DNA from: Myxococcota bacterium
GTDB lineage: Bacteria; Myxococcota_A; UBA9160; UBA6930
DNA length: 64,000 bases
Direction of reading: 5' to 3'
NCBI GenBank assembly: GCA_965223415.1
Contig: OZ245002.1
Span: 2,432,001 to 2,496,000 of the forward strand
The position numbers and the translations under genes are program-made. This document shows positions 53,708-64,000 of the stretch, in pieces. Within the stretch, counting starts at the first letter, position 1. Every line of letters starts with the position of its first letter. The notes under the pieces are model-generated. The model made no database searches, was not told the DNA's origin, and was given only the letters and a program-made list of their open reading frames with translations.

Positions 53708-54037
53708 ATGGCCTACGACGAGCGTCTCGCAGAGCGCGTGCGCGTCGCCCTGGAGCGACGCCGGGGCGTCACCGAGAAGAAGATGTTCGGCGGAATCGCC
53801 TTCCTGGTGAACGGCAACATGAGCTGCGGCGTCAACGGTGACGACCTGATGGTGCGCGTGGGCCCCGAGACCTACGAGCAGGCCCTGGACCGCGCCCACG
53901 CGCGGCCGATGGACTTCACTGGCCGGCCCCTGAAGGGCATGGTCTACGTGGGCCCGAAGGGCGTCCGGACGGCGAAGCAGCTCGGACGCTGGGTCGACGA
54001 CGCCGTCGCCTTCGCGCGCTCGCTACCGGCCAAGTAG
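53708..54037 (+). CDS. TfoX/Sxy N-terminal family protein
   Basis: MAYDERLAERVR, EKKMFGG and MDFTGRP. Confidence 0.88.
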   Translation: MAYDERLAERVRVALERRRGVTEKKMFGGIAFLVNGNMSCGVNGDDLMVRVGPETYEQALDRAHARPMDFTGRPLKGMVYVGPKGVRTAKQLGRWVDDAVAFARSLPAK

Positions 54038-54544
54038 ATGGAGCGCATTCGCCCCCGGAAGCTCCCGGACGCCTCGAGGCCGGGCCCGCCGCCGAACATC
54101 CTCGGCACGATCGCCCACCATCCGAACCTGCTGGAGCCCTTCCTGCGCTTCTCGGCGGTGCTCGCCGCCGGCGAGCTGCCCCGCCGGGCCTCGGAGCTGC
54201 TCGCGCTGAGGGCCGCCTGGAACTGTCGCTCGGCCTTCGAGTGGGGCCACCACGTCCGGTACGCCCTCGACGCCGGGCTCAGCGAGGAGGAGATCGCGCG
54301 CATTCCGGCCGGCACGGAGGCGCCGGAATGGAGCACCTCGGATCGGGTCCTGCTGCGCGCCGCCGACGAGCTGCACGGCCGTCAGGCGATCTGCGACGAG
54401 ACCTGGGGTGCTCTCGCGGCGAGCTTCGACGAGGCGCAGCTCGTCGAGATCCCGTTCGTCGTCGGCCAGTACACGATGCTCTCGATGGTGGCCAACGCGA
54501 CCGGTGTGCCTCTCGAAGAAGGCCTGCCCGGACTTCCCGGCTGA
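54038..54544 (+). CDS. Carboxymuconolactone decarboxylase/AhpD-like protein
   Basis: ELLALRAAWNCRSAFEWGHH and RAADELH. Confidence 0.85.
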   Translation: MERIRPRKLPDASRPGPPPNILGTIAHHPNLLEPFLRFSAVLAAGELPRRASELLALRAAWNCRSAFEWGHHVRYALDAGLSEEEIARIPAGTEAPEWSTSDRVLLRAADELHGRQAICDETWGALAASFDEAQLVEIPFVVGQYTMLSMVANATGVPLEEGLPGLPG

Positions 54545-54550
54545 CGAGGC

Positions 54551-55045
54551 CTACCAGAAGCGGGGGATCCCGCCCTCGTCGTCGTCCACCGGGACCCGCG
54601 GGTCGATCCGGTAGCCGAGTGGGAAGATCGAGTCGGCGCCTTCGCCGAGGGCGGCAGCCAGCCGCATCGCCTCGCGCTCCGAAAACGCGGGAAGGTTCCG
54701 GTTGAAGGAGTACTCCTCGCCGTCGTGGAAGATGCCGAAGGCGTGGGGCTCGAGCAGGTAGCCGTCGAGTCGTGTCCCCCCGGCCAATTCGAAGCTCGCG
54801 GCGACCACCAGGTCCTTGCGGTCGCCGAGGCTGGCCACGTCGAGCACCGGGTAGAGCGGAACGGGCCCGCACACCTCGAAGAGCTCGGTTCGGCGGTCCA
54901 CGGCTTCCGCCGTCACGCCCCAGGACAGGACCCGCTCGCGGTCGACTTCCGGATCCCAATGGCTCCAAACGGGACAGCGCTCGAGGGCCTCCGCGGACAT
55001 GCACTCGATCAGCTCGAAGTCTTCTGCCGTTCCGATGGGCTTCAC
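54551..55045 (-). CDS. Hypothetical protein
   Basis: 164-aa ORF with normal composition filling the gap between genes. Confidence 0.65.
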   Translation of the reverse strand: MKPIGTAEDFELIECMSAEALERCPVWSHWDPEVDRERVLSWGVTAEAVDRRTELFEVCGPVPLYPVLDVASLGDRKDLVVAASFELAGGTRLDGYLLEPHAFGIFHDGEEYSFNRNLPAFSEREAMRLAAALGEGADSIFPLGYRIDPRVPVDDDEGGIPRFW

Positions 55046-55130
55046 CTGTGGGGCGAATCGGAGCGTCGGCCTCCGGGCTTTAGCGGTGGGATGCTAGTGT
55101 GTCCCCTCTCGCGTACTCAGGAGCGGCGAC

Positions 55131-56159
55131 ATGCGGATCGGTCTCAACATCGGCTACTCGGGCCCTCGGCTCTCCATCGACATCGAGCGGGTCAAGCTCG
55201 CGGAATCGCTGGGCTTCGACTCGGTCTGGACGGCCGAGGCCTACGGCTCGGACGCCGTGACCTCCCTGGCCTGGATCGCGGCGCAGACCACGAAGATCAA
55301 GCTCGGGACGGCCATTCTGCAGATGCCCGCGCGCACGCCGGCGATGACCGCGATGACGGCCATGAGCCTCGACCAGCTCTCCGGAGGCCGCTTCCTGCTG
55401 GGCCTCGGCCCGTCGGGCCCCCAGGTGGTCGAGGGCTGGCACGGCGTGCCCTACGGCAAGCCCCTCACGCGGACGCGGGAGTACGTGAAGATCCTGCGCG
55501 ACATCTTCGCGCGGGAGGCGCCCCTCGAGCACAAGGGCGAGCACTACCAGATCCCGTTCCAGGGTGAGGGTGCATCCGGCCTCGGCAAGCCGCTGAAGAG
55601 CATCCTCCACGGGCGCGCGGACATCCCGATCTTCACCGCGTCGATCGGGCCGGCGGGCATCGCCTGCAGTGGCGAGGTTGCCGACGGCCTGATCCCCGTC
55701 TGGATGAACCCGGAGCGCATGGATCTGATCGAGCCGCATCTCGAGAAGGGCTTCGCCAAGGCCGGCGGCGGCAAGGGCATGGCCGATTTCCGGATCGCTC
55801 CCTTCGTGGGCGGCGTCCTGGGAGACGACCTCGAGCAGTGCCGCATGCCCATGCGGGGCATGCTGGCGCTCTACATCGGCGGCATGGGCGCACGCGGCAA
55901 GAACTTCTACAACGACTACGCCAACCGCCTCGGCTACGGCGAGCAGGCGAAGCAGGTCCAGGATCTCTACCTGGACGGCAAGAAGGCCGAGGCGATGGCG
56001 GCGGTTCCCGACGAGCTGATCGACGAGGTGGCGCTGGTCGGGCCGAAGGCGCGCATCGCCGAGCGCCTCGAGGCGTGGAAGGCCTCGCCGGTGACTGACA
56101 TGCTGGTGAGCGCCGGGCAGCCGGAGCTGCTCGAGGTGCTGGCGGAGAACCTGCTCTAG
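55131..56159 (+). CDS. LLM-class (probably F420-dependent) oxidoreductase
   Basis: [34 protein letters not shown] and YIGGMG. Confidence 0.9.
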   Translation: MRIGLNIGYSGPRLSIDIERVKLAESLGFDSVWTAEAYGSDAVTSLAWIAAQTTKIKLGTAILQMPARTPAMTAMTAMSLDQLSGGRFLLGLGPSGPQVVEGWHGVPYGKPLTRTREYVKILRDIFAREAPLEHKGEHYQIPFQGEGASGLGKPLKSILHGRADIPIFTASIGPAGIACSGEVADGLIPVWMNPERMDLIEPHLEKGFAKAGGGKGMADFRIAPFVGGVLGDDLEQCRMPMRGMLALYIGGMGARGKNFYNDYANRLGYGEQAKQVQDLYLDGKKAEAMAAVPDELIDEVALVGPKARIAERLEAWKASPVTDMLVSAGQPELLEVLAENLL

Positions 56160-56161
56160 CC

Positions 56162-57457
56162 ATGAGCCGCGAACGCATCGTCGCACTCGACAAGGCACGG
56201 GTGTGGCACCCCTACACGCCGATGGACCGCTATCGGACGGAGGTCGACCCGATCGTGGTGGATCGGGCGGAGGGGCCCTGGCTCTGGGACGTGGACGGGA
56301 GCCGGCTGATCGACGCGAACTCGTCCTGGTGGGTGGCGTCCCTCGGCCACAACCACCCGCGGCTCGTGGCGGCTCTGAAGGCCCAGGCGGATCGGAACTG
56401 TCACTCGGCCCTGGCGGGCATGACCCACGAGCCCGCGGCCGAGCTGGCGGAGCGCCTGTGCGCCGTGGCGCCGAACGGGCTCGAGCACGTCTTCTACAGC
56501 GACGACGGCTCCACGGCGGTCGAGGTCGGCCTGAAGGTGGCGCTCCAGTACTGGGCCCAGAACGGGAGCCCCGAGCGGAAGCACTTCGTGGCGCTGCAGG
56601 GCGCCTTCCACGGCGAGACGCTGGGGGTCACCTCGATCGGTGGCGTCGAGGTGTTCCGGGCGCCCTTCCAGGGCGCGGTGCTCCAGAACTTCTTCGTGCC
56701 GACGCCTAGCCAGGCCGGCGGTCTCGAACCGGCCGTGAACGCCCTGCGCGGCGTGCTCGACGCCCACGGCCACGAGATCGCGGCGATGGTGGTGGAGCCC
56801 GTGGTGCAGGGCGCCTCCGGCATGCAGATGTACGACCCGGCCTACCTGCGCGAGGCGCGGGCGCTGTGCGATCGCCACGAGGTCTTCCTGGTCGCCGACG
56901 AGGTGTTCACCGGCTACGGGCGCACTGGTCCGATGTGGGCCGTCGAGCACGCTGGCGTCCTCCCGGACGTGCTGTGCACCGCCAAGGGATTCAGCGGCGG
57001 CATGCTGCCCATGGCCGCCACCCTGGTAACGCCGCGGCTCTTCGACGGCTTCCTGGGCGAGGCCGATCGGGCCTTCTACTACGGCCATTCCTTCTGCGGC
57101 AACCCGCTGGGCTCGGCCGTGGCCCTCGAGGTGCTGAGCGTCTACGAAGAAGAGCGCATCCTCGAGCGGGCCAAGCCCAAGGCCGAGCGCATCGCCCAGG
57201 CATTCGCGGAGATGGAGGCGCTTCCCAGCGTCGCGCGAACCCGCTGCCGCGGCATGATCGGCGTGCTGGATCTCGGCGGAGACGAGGGCTACCTGGCCCG
57301 GGCGGGCTGGCGGGTCTACGACGAGGCGCGACAGCGGGGCGCCTACCTGCGTCCGATGGGCAACTGCGTCTACGTGGCGCCGCCGCTGAATATCCCGGAC
57401 GCCGTGCTGGACGAGCTCCTCGGCATCGTGCGGTCCTCGGTCGAGGCGGTCTCGTGA
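56162..57457 (+). CDS. bioA: Adenosylmethionine-8-amino-7-oxononanoate transaminase
   Basis: VWHPYT, SSWW, GSTAVEVGLK, FHGET, ADEVFTG.GRTG and LRPMGN. Confidence 0.92.
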   Translation: MSRERIVALDKARVWHPYTPMDRYRTEVDPIVVDRAEGPWLWDVDGSRLIDANSSWWVASLGHNHPRLVAALKAQADRNCHSALAGMTHEPAAELAERLCAVAPNGLEHVFYSDDGSTAVEVGLKVALQYWAQNGSPERKHFVALQGAFHGETLGVTSIGGVEVFRAPFQGAVLQNFFVPTPSQAGGLEPAVNALRGVLDAHGHEIAAMVVEPVVQGASGMQMYDPAYLREARALCDRHEVFLVADEVFTGYGRTGPMWAVEHAGVLPDVLCTAKGFSGGMLPMAATLVTPRLFDGFLGEADRAFYYGHSFCGNPLGSAVALEVLSVYEEERILERAKPKAERIAQAFAEMEALPSVARTRCRGMIGVLDLGGDEGYLARAGWRVYDEARQRGAYLRPMGNCVYVAPPLNIPDAVLDELLGIVRSSVEAVS

Positions 57458-58572
57458 GACGTGTGCTCGCGGCCTGGGCGGCGGTGCTGTTCGCCGCCGG
57501 GCCGGGCTTCGCCGAGCCGAAGCCCGCGACCAACGGGTTCGACCTGTCGGCGGCCAGCGTGCCGAAGGAGGAGATCCTCGGCGGCGGGCCGAAGAGGGAC
57601 GGCATCGTCGCCGTCGACGAGCCGGCCTTTGCGCTGCCTTCCGAGGCGCCCTGGGTCAAGGCGGAGAACCCGGTGCTCGCCGTGACGGTCGGCGACGCCA
57701 CCCACGTCTACCCGGTGCACCTGATGGAATACCACCAGATCGTGAACGATCGCATCGGCGAGACGCCGGTGGTCGTCACCTACGATCCGCTGGCCGGCGT
57801 GCCGCGGGCGTTCCGCGCCGTCGTCGCGGGCGGGGCGACCCGCTTCGGCGTTTCCGGGCTGATCCACAACCACGGCTTCCTGCTCTACGACCGGAAGAGC
57901 GGGAGCCTCTGGCAGCAGTTCACGGGCCGGTCGCTCAGCGGGCCGCAAGTCGGGAAGACGCTCGACGCCCTGCGGATCCGCCAGGAGACGCTGGGCGGCA
58001 TCCTCGCACGGCACCCCCGCGCGCGCATCCTGAAGCCCCCCTTCCCGGACCGTCACGACTACTCCATGAGCCCCTTTCTGCGCTACTGGGATCTCGACAA
58101 GGCGCTCTTCCCGATCGCTGCCGAGGACCGTCGCTTTCACTTCAAGGATCTCGTGCTCGGTGTCATCGCCGGTGATACCCAGCGCGCCTACCTGGGCTCC
58201 CTCGCCACGGCCGCCGGCGGCCGGGTCGAAGACGAGATCGCCGGCCACCGCATCCGCATCGCCTACGATTCCGACAGCGGCACCTTCAGCTACGAAGCCC
58301 CGGAAGCCGTCGAAGTCATCGAAGCCTACTGGCTCGCCTGGAAGGCCTTCGTCCCCGACACAGAAGTCTGGACCCCCCCCCCCCCCCCGAGTAGCCCAAG
58401 AACGCAAGACCGGGGACGTTCCTTGCATCTTGCGTTGTCTGAACAACGCAAGATGCAAGGAACGTCCCCGGTCTTGCGTTTCAGGGGTGGAGGAGCTGGG
58501 AGGCGGGGACGGACTCGGGGCCGGTGTGGTGGCGGTCGGCGTGGAGGAGGGCACCGAGGACGCGCTGGTTGA
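57454..58572 (+). CDS. DUF3179-domain protein (as sequenced; true stop probably 58394, see C16 tract)
   Basis: GGPKRDGI.AVDEP, HQIVND, TYDPLAG, FGVSG, LYDRKSGSLWQQ and YWLAWKAF.PDT. Confidence 0.85.
   Translation: MRRVLAAWAAVLFAAGPGFAEPKPATNGFDLSAASVPKEEILGGGPKRDGIVAVDEPAFALPSEAPWVKAENPVLAVTVGDATHVYPVHLMEYHQIVNDRIGETPVVVTYDPLAGVPRAFRAVVAGGATRFGVSGLIHNHGFLLYDRKSGSLWQQFTGRSLSGPQVGKTLDALRIRQETLGGILARHPRARILKPPFPDRHDYSMSPFLRYWDLDKALFPIAAEDRRFHFKDLVLGVIAGDTQRAYLGSLATAAGGRVEDEIAGHRIRIAYDSDSGTFSYEAPEAVEVIEAYWLAWKAFVPDTEVWTPPPPPSSPRTQDRGRSLHLALSEQRKMQGTSPVLRFRGGGAGRRGRTRGRCGGGRRGGGHRGRAG
58373..58388 (+). repeat. C16 homopolymer
   Basis: 16 consecutive C at the end of the DUF3179 gene. Confidence 0.9.
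58401..58480. repeat. Perfect palindrome with 38-bp arms and a 4-nt loop (REP/STIR-like)
   Basis: AACGCAAGACCGGGGACGTTCCTTGCATCTTGCGTTGT-ctga-exact reverse complement; between convergent genes. Confidence 0.95.
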
Positions 58573-59467
58573 GGGGCGTCGGGATACCGTGCTCCTCGCC
58601 GAGGGTGCAGACGCGGCGGTGGTAGGCGTCGGCCTCGGTGGCGATGCGGCGGGTGAGGGCGGACCACACCTGGTTGTAGAGGGGGATGGGCCGGGCGCTC
58701 GTGCCCTTCTCCAGGGACGCCCGCTGGTGGGCGATCTCCTCGTCGAGGGAGCGGTCGCGCCCGTCGCAGGAGCCGGCCTCGATGCCGCCCGCCGCGAGCA
58801 CGGCCCGAGCCTCCTCGAGGAGCCCGGCCTTCAGCTCGACGAAGGCGGTCGTGGTGTGGTCTTCGCGGCGGACGAGCGCGTTCGGCGCGCTCATCAGGTT
58901 GACGCAGAGCTTGAGCCACTTGTCCCGGGCGATCCGATCGGACACGCCCGTGCAGATGTCGCCGCGCTCCAGCAGGGCTGCGAGCTCACGGACGGCGTCG
59001 CTCGTCCCCGCCGGATGCAGGCCAAGGATGGCCCTCGACGGCCGATCGAAGAGGAACCGCACCCGCGCGTCTCCGGTGCGTGTGCACGTCTCGCGCCACA
59101 CGCCGCCGACGACCGGCGCCGTGAAGCGACCGGCGGCCGCCTCGTGGACGACGTCGTTCTGGAAGGTGACGAGGGGTATCCCGGGAGCGCGTTTGCCGAC
59201 GAACCGAGCCGCGGCCTCCACTTCGGCGCCGCGGGTGCAGAGCAGGATCGGCTGCGAGGGCCACCAGCCTTCCTGCTCGAGGCAACGCGCCTCGACGGAG
59301 ACCCGAAAGGTCTCTCCGCTCGCCGGGTGCTCGGCGATCAGGCCCTGGCCGAGTGCCCGCGCCGCCGCCTCCCGGCGGGTCACGAGCAGGACGCCGACGC
59401 CCGCCCGCGCCAGCCGCGCGGCAAGGGTAAGCCCGACCGAGCCCGCGCCCAGGACGGTGACGCTCAT
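58481..59467 (-). CDS. Ketopantoate reductase family protein
   Basis: VLGAGSVG, FQND, KWLKLCVN and HGIPTPLN. Confidence 0.82.
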   Translation of the reverse strand: MSVTVLGAGSVGLTLAARLARAGVGVLLVTRREAAARALGQGLIAEHPASGETFRVSVEARCLEQEGWWPSQPILLCTRGAEVEAAARFVGKRAPGIPLVTFQNDVVHEAAAGRFTAPVVGGVWRETCTRTGDARVRFLFDRPSRAILGLHPAGTSDAVRELAALLERGDICTGVSDRIARDKWLKLCVNLMSAPNALVRREDHTTTAFVELKAGLLEEARAVLAAGGIEAGSCDGRDRSLDEEIAHQRASLEKGTSARPIPLYNQVWSALTRRIATEADAYHRRVCTLGEEHGIPTPLNQRVLGALLHADRHHTGPESVPASQLLHP

Positions 59468-59495
59468 CGTTCGCGCTCCCGGGCGCACTCGCTGC

Positions 59496-61268
59496 TCACC
59501 GGCGCGCGCCCAGGATCGCCTTCGTCTCGATGCGTTGCTGGCCTCGCAGGACGACGAGATCGACCTCTCGCCCGGCCCGCTCGGCGAACAGCAGGGCAGC
59601 GAACTCGGCCAGGTCGCGCACGGTGACGCCGGCGAAGGAGACCAGCACGTCGCCGCCGCGCAGGCCCGCCCTCTCCGCGGGGCTCCCGGGCCGCACGCCG
59701 GCGAGGCGCACACCCACCACCGGCTCGCCGCCGAAGGCGGGAATCGTCCCCAGGTCCGGGCCATAGCCGGGTCCGCCGCCGGGGCCGGCGTGGGCCTTCG
59801 CCGGCTGGCCGCGGAAGGCGAAGGCCTCTTCCGCATTCGCCGCGGCACCGGCGACCCGGGCCACGAGGTCGCACACCCGGGCCAGCCCCCGAGCGTCGAC
59901 GGCCGACGCCACGTCGTCGGGCGTGTGATAGGCGGAGTGGACGCCGGTGAAGAAGTGCAGCACCGGAACGCTCTTCACGTAGAAGCTGGTCTGATCGGAA
60001 GGCCCCGTGCCGTGGCCCTCGAGGGCGAGGTCGAGCCCCAGCGCCGTCGCGGACGCGTCGAGCAGGGGGCGCCACTCGTCGGCGCTCTCGCTGCCGAAGA
60101 CCACGATGCGGCCCTCGCGCAGGCGCCCCACCATGTCCATGTTGAGCATCGCGACCGGCGCCGGAAGCCCTTCCGGCCGCCGGTCGACGAAGTGGGCCGA
60201 GCCGAGCAGGCCGACTTCCTCGGCCGTGAAGGCAACGAAGGTCAGCGTGCGCCGCAGCGGGGGACCGGCAGCGAGGCGCCTCGCGATCTCGAGCAACGCG
60301 GCGGTTCCCGAGGCGTTGTCGTCGGCGCCCGGATGCACCTCGCCCTGGCGCGACGGCGCGAGGGATCCGAAGCCGCCGCGCCCCAGGTGGTCGTAGTGGG
60401 CGCCGATCACGATCGCCTCGTCGGAGAGCGAGGGATCGCGGCCCGGCAGCACGCCGACGACGTTGGCCACCGGGCCCCGGGTCCGCTCGATCCGGACCTC
60501 GCCGCTCGCCTCGAGATCGAGCGTCAGGGACACAGGCTCGCCGCTGCTCGCCCGCGCCGCGAGGGACTCGAGATCCCGCCCGGCGAGGTGCAGCAGCTCC
60601 GCCGCCGCCGGACGGGACAGACGCAGGCCGAAGAGCCCCGCCGGCTGCACGTTGGGGTCCGCGGCGTGAGGGATCGCGCCGAGCTCTCTCTCGCGGGTCT
60701 CCGGGACGAAGAGCACGCCCGCGGCGCCGCGACGACGGGCCGCCATGATCTTGGCGCGGCGTCGCAGGAAGGCCACGCCCTCGGGCCCCTCGAGCGCCCC
60801 CGCCTCGGGTCGCCCCTCGAGCACGACGACCACGCGTCCGTCCACGTCGAGGTCCTGGTAGTCGTCGTGGCCGCGGTCCGGCGCCGAGATGCCGTAGCCC
60901 GCGAAGGCGAGGGGGCCCGCGAAGTGCCCGGACTCGCTGACCATCAGGGGCGCGACGGCGGCATCGCCCTCGAGCTGCAGCGCGCCCACGCGCAGCCGCG
61001 CTCCCGCGTTGCGGATGGCCACGACCGTTTCGAAGGGCTGGAGGAACCCTCCGTCGCTGCCGCCCGGCCTGAGGCCGGCTTCGGCGAAGCGACCGGCGAT
61101 GTAGCGCGCGGCGGCCTCGAGCCCCTGTGTGCCGAGTCCCCGGCCCTCTCGCTCTGGGGCCGAAAGCCAGGCGACGTCGGCTTCGAGGCGCGTCGCGCTC
61201 GGACCCGGGTGAACGCACGCCCCGGCGAGTGCGAGAAGGGACGACGCCACGACGAGCCGGAAGCTCAT
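59496..61268 (-). CDS. M28 peptidase lipoprotein with PA and PDZ domains
   Basis: AGAC lipobox; GAHYDHLG, GADDNASG, AEEVGLLGS, NMDMVG, YHTPDD and SPAERAGL..GD. Confidence 0.92.
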   Translation of the reverse strand: MSFRLVVASSLLALAGACVHPGPSATRLEADVAWLSAPEREGRGLGTQGLEAAARYIAGRFAEAGLRPGGSDGGFLQPFETVVAIRNAGARLRVGALQLEGDAAVAPLMVSESGHFAGPLAFAGYGISAPDRGHDDYQDLDVDGRVVVVLEGRPEAGALEGPEGVAFLRRRAKIMAARRRGAAGVLFVPETRERELGAIPHAADPNVQPAGLFGLRLSRPAAAELLHLAGRDLESLAARASSGEPVSLTLDLEASGEVRIERTRGPVANVVGVLPGRDPSLSDEAIVIGAHYDHLGRGGFGSLAPSRQGEVHPGADDNASGTAALLEIARRLAAGPPLRRTLTFVAFTAEEVGLLGSAHFVDRRPEGLPAPVAMLNMDMVGRLREGRIVVFGSESADEWRPLLDASATALGLDLALEGHGTGPSDQTSFYVKSVPVLHFFTGVHSAYHTPDDVASAVDARGLARVCDLVARVAGAAANAEEAFAFRGQPAKAHAGPGGGPGYGPDLGTIPAFGGEPVVGVRLAGVRPGSPAERAGLRGGDVLVSFAGVTVRDLAEFAALLFAERAGREVDLVVLRGQQRIETKAILGARR

Positions 61269-61318
61269 GGCCGAGCACGATAGCAGTGGAAAGCGGGGGA
61301 ACGTCCCCTCCTCCCATC

Positions 61319-61831
61319 CTAGGTGGGTGCTCCCCAGGCTGCGCTTCGCGGGAGCGCCGGCAGCGCGTGCGGCCTCCCCTCGCCGCGCTCGCACCAATCG
61401 CGAATCGCCTGGAGATGGGTCGCTGCCAGACCTGTCGCGAAACGCCGGACGGCGAACCGGTCGAGGCAGCCGCCGACCAGCGGCATCTCGTTGTCGGTCG
61501 CGATCTGCAGGACAAGCTTCGTCCCGCCGGAGCGGTCGGCGGAATCGGAGAGGCCGACGGTCTGGGAGAAGTGGAACAAGCCGAGCGAGACGGCGGACTC
61601 GAGGCGGCAGGGCGGCTGCACGTGGATCGGCGTCTCGACCAGCTCCATCGGCAGATCGTGCAGCCGGCAGGACCAGCGGAAGCGTCGCCCCGCCGTTGGA
61701 TAGGAGGCTTCGGGGGTCCGCGCGGCCACGATGCCCGGGCGCCACCGGGCGACCTGGGCGGGATCGGCGAGCGCGTTCCACACGAGCGTGCGCTCGGCCT
61801 GGATCTCCGCGCCCATCACCAGCTTGATCAC
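61319..61831 (-). CDS. SRPBCC/polyketide cyclase-like protein
   Basis: EIQAERTLVWNALADP..VARW and C-terminal helix L.AIRDWCE. Confidence 0.7.
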   Translation of the reverse strand: MIKLVMGAEIQAERTLVWNALADPAQVARWRPGIVAARTPEASYPTAGRRFRWSCRLHDLPMELVETPIHVQPPCRLESAVSLGLFHFSQTVGLSDSADRSGGTKLVLQIATDNEMPLVGGCLDRFAVRRFATGLAATHLQAIRDWCERGEGRPHALPALPRSAAWGAPT

Positions 61832-61959
61832 GCGTTTCCGACCAACCCTTTGGAACGTCCGGATCCGTCCGGATCTCTCGTTCGGTGCAACGCGAGGCCT
61901 CCGCGTGGAGGGGGGTTGGCCGCGTGTCACCACAAAGCGTAACCGGGGAAGTGCTCGGA

Positions 61960-62970
<1,011 letters not shown>

Positions 62971-63065
62971 CGCCGCGAGGGTACACCGCCCGCGCGATGG
63001 CCGATCGGCGCCGACACCCGCCCCCGCCAAGGCAACGAGCGGAACCCGCCCCCAAGAGCAACGAC

Positions 63066-63887
63066 TCAGTAGCCGAGGAAGTGGGTGGTGGCATCCAGGA
63101 CGGCGGTGGGGGCGTCGATGTGGACGTGGTGGCCGGCGCCGGGGACCTCGTGGAGCCGGCAGTCGGGGATAGCGGCGGCCATCTCGGCGGCGCCCTCGGC
63201 GGGGAGCAGCTTGCTGTCGGCGCCGCGCAGAAGCAGGGTCGGGCACTGGATGCGGGCCAGGTCCGGGCGGCGACGGGGCGGCACGCTGAACCAGTAGGGA
63301 TCGAACTTGAAGCCGAAGCGACCGTCGGGCTCGACGCGGATCGAGTGGCCGGCGATGGCGCGTCGCAGCTCCGGCGCGGCGTGGGCGGCACCCGGCAGGA
63401 AGCGGAACTTCTCGACGGCCTGCTGGCGGCTGGCGTAGGTGCGACGCAGGGTCAGGGCCAGGCGCGTCGCGCGCCGGCGGCTCGGGCTGGCTCCGCGGCT
63501 CGGATCGACGAGCACGAGGGCCGGGGTGTCGTCGGCCTCGGCGGCGTGGCCCATCGCCACGTGGGCCCCGAGCGAGTGTCCCATCAAGGTCGCCTCGGGT
63601 GCTCCGAGGTGCTCGAGCAGCGCCTCCAGGTCGTCGCCGAAGGCGCCGGCGATGCGTTCTTCCGGATGGTCCGAATCGCCGTGGCCGCGGAAGTCGAGGG
63701 CGACGACGTGGAAGCGGCGCGCGAGGGCGGGCGCCAGATGGTCCCACCAGTGAGCGTTCGCACCGGCGCCGTGCAGCAGGACGAGGCACGGCGCCCCCTC
63801 GTCACCCCAGTGGATCGCGTGGAGCTGGACGCCGCCCAACCCGGCGGTGCTGAACCGCTCCTCCCTCCCACCGCATTCGCTCTCCAT
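63066..63887 (-). CDS. Alpha/beta hydrolase
   Basis: LHGAG, DFRGHGDS, GHSLG and GAGHH. Confidence 0.9.
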   Translation of the reverse strand: MESECGGREERFSTAGLGGVQLHAIHWGDEGAPCLVLLHGAGANAHWWDHLAPALARRFHVVALDFRGHGDSDHPEERIAGAFGDDLEALLEHLGAPEATLMGHSLGAHVAMGHAAEADDTPALVLVDPSRGASPSRRRATRLALTLRRTYASRQQAVEKFRFLPGAAHAAPELRRAIAGHSIRVEPDGRFGFKFDPYWFSVPPRRRPDLARIQCPTLLLRGADSKLLPAEGAAEMAAAIPDCRLHEVPGAGHHVHIDAPTAVLDATTHFLGY

Positions 63888-63960
63888 GGCGGGGCGCAAC
63901 GTATCGCAGCGGGCGCCGATCGAAAGACCCCCCGAATCAGCCCTCAGAGGGCCGATTTCG

Positions 63961-64000
63961 GCATTTTTTCCTTTGACTCCGTCGGAGGAACGCTTACCAT
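63961..64000 (+). promoter_or_regulatory. Near-consensus sigma70 promoter for a gene beyond the window
   Basis: TTGACT (63973-63978), 16-bp spacer, TACCAT (63995-64000), T-tract upstream. Confidence 0.6.

Noticed and set aside
37618..56159. Bioluminescence (lux) system from LuxC/E plus the LLM gene
   Set aside because: The LLM protein is about 15 kb away and looks like the F420-dependent class; there is no luxAB or luxD in the window.
63017..63064. Short imperfect direct repeat CCCGCCCCC..AAG.GCAACGA
   Set aside because: Two degenerate copies in GC-rich intergenic DNA, with no supporting context.

Overview
High-GC bacterial DNA; the gene repertoire is compatible with a Myxococcota-like lineage, which is inference only. 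Bases 2481-9446 form an IS pile-up: two IS21-family elements, one IS5/IS1182-like element with a TTAG duplication and an IS110 remnant. These truncate a P450, a lower-GC ORF with an attC-like tail and a 5'-3' exonuclease. The rest is mostly housekeeping and accessory metabolism: a complete suf operon with a candidate Rrf2 operator, ydeP/fdhD, folK, cysH, bioA, ltaE, hydrolases and MscS channels. The best candidate for an undescribed system is a translationally coupled four-gene operon at 35561-41210: class III aminotransferase, LuxE-like synthetase, LuxC-like reductase and a membrane Thr-type sulfatase-superfamily enzyme. No luxAB lies in this window, which suggests a fatty acid -> aldehyde -> amine route feeding a membrane lipid or envelope modification. 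Also notable are two tandem PDZ-multiTM-GAF histidine kinases with a nearby ChpT-like pseudo-kinase and no response regulator, two perfect 38-bp-arm palindromes between convergent genes, a 35-bp VNTR, a C16 tract and widespread leaderless-type -10 boxes. All product calls come from motif recognition by eye; no database searches were run.
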